NCBI GenBank assembly: GCA_038141705.1 | Contig: JAYQIQ010000004.1 | Coordinates: forward strand, 327,135-391,134 | Direction: 5' to 3' | DNA from: Candidatus Eutrophomonas brisbanensis | Lineage (GTDB): Bacteria > Pseudomonadota > Gammaproteobacteria > Burkholderiales > Eutrophovitaceae | Length of the DNA stretch: 64,000 bases | In this document: piece after piece, positions 62,387 to 64,000 of the stretch | How positions within the stretch are numbered: position 1 is the stretch's first letter | Layout of the letters: every line of letters starts with the position of its first letter | The notes under the pieces: generated by a model | Databases searched by the model: none | What the model was told of the DNA's origin: nothing | Seen by the model: only the letters and a program-made list of their open reading frames with translations | Made by a program: the position numbers and the translations under genes

Positions 62387-63652
62387 TTAATTCTTAGCTT
62401 TCGATTTCTCTTTTGGTGTCTCAACTTCACTACTTGTCAGTTTTTGTTCGATCTTTTTAATATTTTTCTCAATCTCCACAATCCGTTTCGAGAAATCAGA
62501 CGCACTTAACTGATGTTCGAGAGCATCGAGCTTTTCCCTCATAAATCTGAGGTCCCCAACCTCTGGTTGGACTAGCTCTAACATGTTGATACGTTCCATC
62601 ACTCTCTGGAGTTCCTCGTTCGCAGCGGTAGCAGCATAACCAGCATCTCGCGATACAGATTCTAACCGAGTAATCTCCTCATTAAATCTTACGAGGTCGG
62701 CAGCAATATTTTCCCGATCATAATCCCAGTCGGTAATGTTCGTCTTATTTCTTTCCAAGTCATCGAGCTTGACATAAAAGTCTGTAACCTTAATATCCAA
62801 ATCATTCAATTTAGATATCTGGCTTATCATTTGTTCACTCGACTCCTGCAACAAAGCCAGTCGATCTGCGATCTCTAAACTTTCACTAGAAAGACGTTTA
62901 GCTTCACTAGCATTTTGGGCCTGAAAGCCATCTAAACTGTCAATTCTTTGACGAATCAAATCGATTAATTTCTCATTTTTTTGAATAGTTACTTTATAAG
63001 CTGCAAGCTCATTGGATAACTCCACTTTCTTGACATAATTTTCATAAATCGCATTAATTTTTAAATCAACATCGTCGAATCGTTTTTGCGTTTTATTCTC
63101 TTGCTCACTTTCTAATCGCACTAGCTCATCCAGATTAAACTTCAATTTATCAACCTCGGCCTGAACACCAGATAGCTCAGTGCGCATCGAAATTAGCGGT
63201 TGATCCTGCCTCCTAATCTCATTCCCCAAATCATCAATGCCGCGCTTTATTCCATCCGATTGGACCTCTAATCGAGACACCCGCGCACTCAAACCTACAT
63301 CTTTCTGATCAATTTTTGACTCAAGCATTTCTAATCTCTCATAGAAATTTCGCTCAGTTTCAATACGTTTTCGGATATCCTCCGCATTCGCTTTTTGCAT
63401 TTCTAGAAAGAGAGCGTCAAGTCGATCTATCTTTGCGTCCAGTTGCTCAATCTTTTCAAGGAGTTCATCTCTGTATTTCTCGAGTACCGTTTTCTCGGAC
63501 TTGATTTCTACCGACTCCACTGGAGCACTCTCAGATACTCCCTCACGCTTAACAGTGGTTTGAACCTGAGCCATTACACAATCTGACAGGAGCATTAGCG
63601 CCAAAACCAAGAAGAAAGGGTGAGCGCTAATTTTATAGAAGTGAAATTGCAT
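62387..63652 (-). CDS. exported or membrane-anchored long coiled-coil protein
   Basis: 421-aa ORF with N-terminal hydrophobic segment HPFFLVLALMLLSDCVMA. The remaining ~390 aa are heptad-like and rich in K/E/L/D/I, with no other domain recognisable. Confidence 0.6.
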   Translation of the reverse strand: MQFHFYKISAHPFFLVLALMLLSDCVMAQVQTTVKREGVSESAPVESVEIKSEKTVLEKYRDELLEKIEQLDAKIDRLDALFLEMQKANAEDIRKRIETERNFYERLEMLESKIDQKDVGLSARVSRLEVQSDGIKRGIDDLGNEIRRQDQPLISMRTELSGVQAEVDKLKFNLDELVRLESEQENKTQKRFDDVDLKINAIYENYVKKVELSNELAAYKVTIQKNEKLIDLIRQRIDSLDGFQAQNASEAKRLSSESLEIADRLALLQESSEQMISQISKLNDLDIKVTDFYVKLDDLERNKTNITDWDYDRENIAADLVRFNEEITRLESVSRDAGYAATAANEELQRVMERINMLELVQPEVGDLRFMREKLDALEHQLSASDFSKRIVEIEKNIKKIEQKLTSSEVETPKEKSKAKN

Positions 63653-63676
63653 GTTTACTTAAATATCTACTAAGTC

Positions 63677-63721
63677 AAAAAAAAGACCCCAGGCCACCAA
63701 TTTCTAGCGACCACAGGGTCC
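63677..63721 (-). terminator. putative Rho-independent terminator downstream of pal
   Basis: The minus-strand RNA reads GACCCUG-U-GGUC...GGCC-UGGGGUC, about 11 bp including two G-U pairs and one bulge, followed directly by U8 (A8 on the + strand at 63677-63684). It lies 25 nt after the pal stop. Confidence 0.45.
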
Positions 63722-63745
63722 TTCTTTACTAAATTATCAATCTTA

Positions 63746-64000
63746 TTAGTATACGAAATCAGCTCGTCGGTTCTCCTGCCAAGCGTTCTCGTTGTGCCCC
63801 ATAGCGCGGGGCTTCTCAGACCCATAACTCGTCACATCAATCCTCGACCCATCGATACCAAGTAACTCCAGAGCTTTTTTAACCGCTAGGGCTCGCCTAT
63901 TGCCGAGCGATATGTTGTACTCCCGGCTTCCTCTTTCATCGCAGTTTCCCTGAATTTCAACCCTAAGTTGAGAATTAGCCCTCAAGTAATCAGCGTGAGC
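63746..64000 (-). CDS. pal: peptidoglycan-associated lipoprotein, C-terminal OmpA-like part (5' end outside the window)
   Basis: The open frame at the window edge reads ...AHADYLRANSQLRVEIQGNCDERGSREYNISLGNRRALAVKKALELLGIDGSRIDVTSYGSEKPRAMGHNENAWQENRRADFVY, the canonical Pal C-terminus. Confidence 0.85.
   Translation of the reverse strand, partial: AHADYLRANSQLRVEIQGNCDERGSREYNISLGNRRALAVKKALELLGIDGSRIDVTSYGSEKPRAMGHNENAWQENRRADFVY

Noticed and set aside
1-64000. Stop-codon reassignment (TGA or TAG read as sense), as an explanation for the two in-frame stops.
   Set aside because: Each occurs once, while TGA and TAG terminate many full-length, well-aligned genes in the same window at the expected positions. 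A code change would produce many more internal stops.
1-64000. Programmed ribosomal frameshifting or phase-variable slippage at the homopolymer sites.
   Set aside because: The runs are mostly short (2-6 nt). They have no shared slippery heptamer or downstream structure, and they occur in both +1 and -1 directions in unrelated housekeeping and catabolic genes. Contingency loci are normally surface or restriction genes with much longer tracts.
1-64000. Search for mobile elements, prophage genes, CRISPR arrays and tRNA/rRNA genes.
   Set aside because: I found no transposase, integrase or recombinase-like ORF, no regularly spaced direct repeats, and no cloverleaf-capable or rRNA-like non-coding stretch. 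The intergenic regions are nearly all under 180 nt (the largest is about 275 nt) and unique.

Overview
This window is a dense, mostly catabolic stretch of a Gram-negative, proteobacterial-type chromosome (Pal, DsbD-type reductase, RND efflux and TRAP components are present). By eye it is roughly 45-50% GC, with no obvious compositional island. I count about 63 protein-coding loci. I found no rRNA or tRNA genes, no CRISPR array and no transposase, integrase or phage genes.

Gene blocks, in order:
(i) 1-8.7 kb, acyl-CoA metabolism: three acyl-CoA dehydrogenases, two MaoC hydratases, a thioesterase, a 3-hydroxyacyl-CoA dehydrogenase, an HpcH aldolase, a DapA-like lyase and a ComB-like phosphatase.
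(ii) 8.8-14.2 kb: omega-aminotransferase, M81 peptidase, mmsA and an HIBADH-like dehydrogenase.
(iii) Exported rhodanese, molybdopterin oxidoreductase and an MFS transporter.
(iv) NUDIX-MBL fusion, M20 peptidase, HisD-family dehydrogenase, PhyH dioxygenase and murI.
(v) RND efflux pair, DMT transporter, short chromate-transporter pair and gshA.
(vi) queD-queE, Sel1 proteins, a two-module GGCT, two exported FGE-like paralogues and class II aldolases.
(vii) TRAP binding protein, DASS symporter, amidase and CoA ligase.
(viii) Persulfide dioxygenase-rhodanese, an orphan binding protein, a Cys-repeat protein, a WYL regulator and a DsbD-type reductase.
(ix) CoA-transferase, a long coiled-coil protein and pal.

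The dominant window-wide signal is that 18 loci are interrupted. There are about 22 one-base frameshifts, nearly all inside short homopolymers, plus two in-frame stop codons. I think this reflects sequence quality rather than biology, but the sequence alone cannot settle it.

I did not find a convincing new multi-gene system. The best candidates for novelty are:
- a three-module QueD that looks like a covalent pseudo-trimer;
- an exported protein built from six Cys-pair repeats with fixed spacing;
- a WYL regulator followed by an unrecognisable ~325-aa protein.
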